Assembly (NCBI RefSeq): GCF_009914755.1
Contig: NC_060948.1
Length of the DNA stretch: 64,000 nt
DNA from: the human T2T-CHM13v2.0 reference genome, Homo sapiens
Strand: one strand, 5' to 3'
The notes under the pieces were generated by a model. It had not been told where the DNA came from. It saw only the letters and a list, made by a program, of their open reading frames with translations, and ran no database searches. Below are positions 58,325 to 64,000 of the stretch, one piece after another (position 1 is the stretch's first letter; the number at the start of each line of letters is the position of its first letter). Position numbers and translations under genes: made by a program.

Positions 58325-62935
<4,611 letters not shown>

Positions 62936-63219
62936 CTCAAACTCTTAACTGATAGACTTGATGTCCATTGTCTTCCATATTCTGTTCCTGTTCATATAAA
63001 TTCAACCTGCTTTAAAAATTATATTTGGTACTTAATGACTATAAGATAGACACTGTAAACCTGAGTATTCAAGGTGAATAAATCTGATCAGAAGCCAACT
63101 TCCAATCTAATCCAGAACTATATTTTTTCCACGAACTATGTCTAATCAGCCATGTTAAATTCTAAGTATGAAGGAAATAAAAATAGTGCATATATAGTTA
63201 AAGAAACAGCATATTGGAA

Positions 63220-63563
63220 GCAGAGGTTTGGTGGAATCTAGTGAATGTCACAAATAAGTAGAGAGCCTAGGACAAACATTTAGGGGCTGAATTAAGTAGG
63301 AGCCAGTCAAGGAGAATGAGAGAAGTCAGTGAGGTAGGAAGAAAACAAAATTAAACTTGACTTTACAAAAGACAAGGGAAGAAGATGTTCAAACAAAGAA
63401 CGGATGTCCAACTCTTTAAGAGTGATAGGTGACCATTAAATTGGAAATATAGAAGTCACTGATGACCTTGACAAAAGCAAGATCAGTGGAGTGGACAGAC
63501 TGAAATCTGGATGGTTTAAGGAGTGATCAGAATTTTGAGAAAAAAAGTGAGTATCAACAACTC
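63220..63563 (-). mobile_element. L2 fragment
   Basis: gaagtcactgatgaccttgacaaaagc..tcagtggagtgg. Confidence 0.65.
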
Positions 63564-63733
63564 TTTTTTTTTCTCTTTTTCTTTTTTTTTTTTGGAGGGG
63601 GGATGGAGTCTTATTATATCACCCAGGCTGAAGTACAGTGGTGCGATCTCATCCCACTGCAACCTCTACCTCCCAGGTTAAAGCAATTCTCCTGTGTAAC
63701 CCTCCACGTCTGGCTAATTTTTGTTGTATTTTT
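63564..63733 (-). mobile_element. Partial Alu
   Basis: T-tail plus ggagtctt..cccaggctgaagtacagtgg, truncated at the mid A-rich linker. Confidence 0.8.
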
Positions 63734-64000
63734 GTCTCAGTCCAAAATCTCCTTAAGCTGATAGGCAGCTTCACCAAAGTCTCAGCATACAAAATCAATG
63801 TGCAGAAATCACAAGCATTCTTATACACCAATAACAGACAAACAGAGAGCCAAATCATTAGTGAACTCCCATTCGCAATTGCTTCAAAAAGAATAAAATA
63901 CCTAGGAATCCAACTCACAAGTGATATGAAGGGCCTCTTCAAGGAGAACTACAAACCACTGCTCAATGAAATAAAACAGGATACAAACAAATGGAAGAAA
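63734..64000 (+). mobile_element. L1PA ORF2 fragment (RT C-terminal region), runs off the window
   Basis: aaaatctccttaagctgata..aaaatcaatgtgca..aaaatacctaggaatcca (NLLKLI..KINVQKS..IKYLGI). Confidence 0.9.

Overview
This window is primate (Alu- and L1PA-bearing) genomic DNA. It is most likely Y-chromosomal, because it carries TSPY and a PRSSLY-like locus. No intact protein-coding gene was found. The core (about 24.8-46 kb) has four parts. (i) A decayed 8-exon remnant on + encodes two tandem trypsin-like pseudo-protease domains (PRSSLY-like 3' half). (ii) A complete 6-exon TSPY pseudogene lies on +, with a nonsense codon, a frameshift and two dead donors. (iii) Two divergent TSPY-like pseudogenes lie on -, one of them head-to-head with the + copy. 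(iv) A chain of exon-like fossils on the - strand (about 5.7-7.1, 25.3-32.3 and 44.2-55.7 kb) translates, by eye, into segments resembling cNMP-binding, REM and CDC25/RasGEF parts of Epac/RAPGEF proteins. These fossils sit inside the protease-gene introns and are split by the TSPY block. The rest is transposon-derived: L1 (old L1M, L1PA/PB, one internally deleted L1PA), an ERV1-class provirus body, MST/THE1 MaLR elements, Alus, MIR, L2 and a hAT remnant. Family and subfamily names come from recognising motifs by eye, not from database searches.
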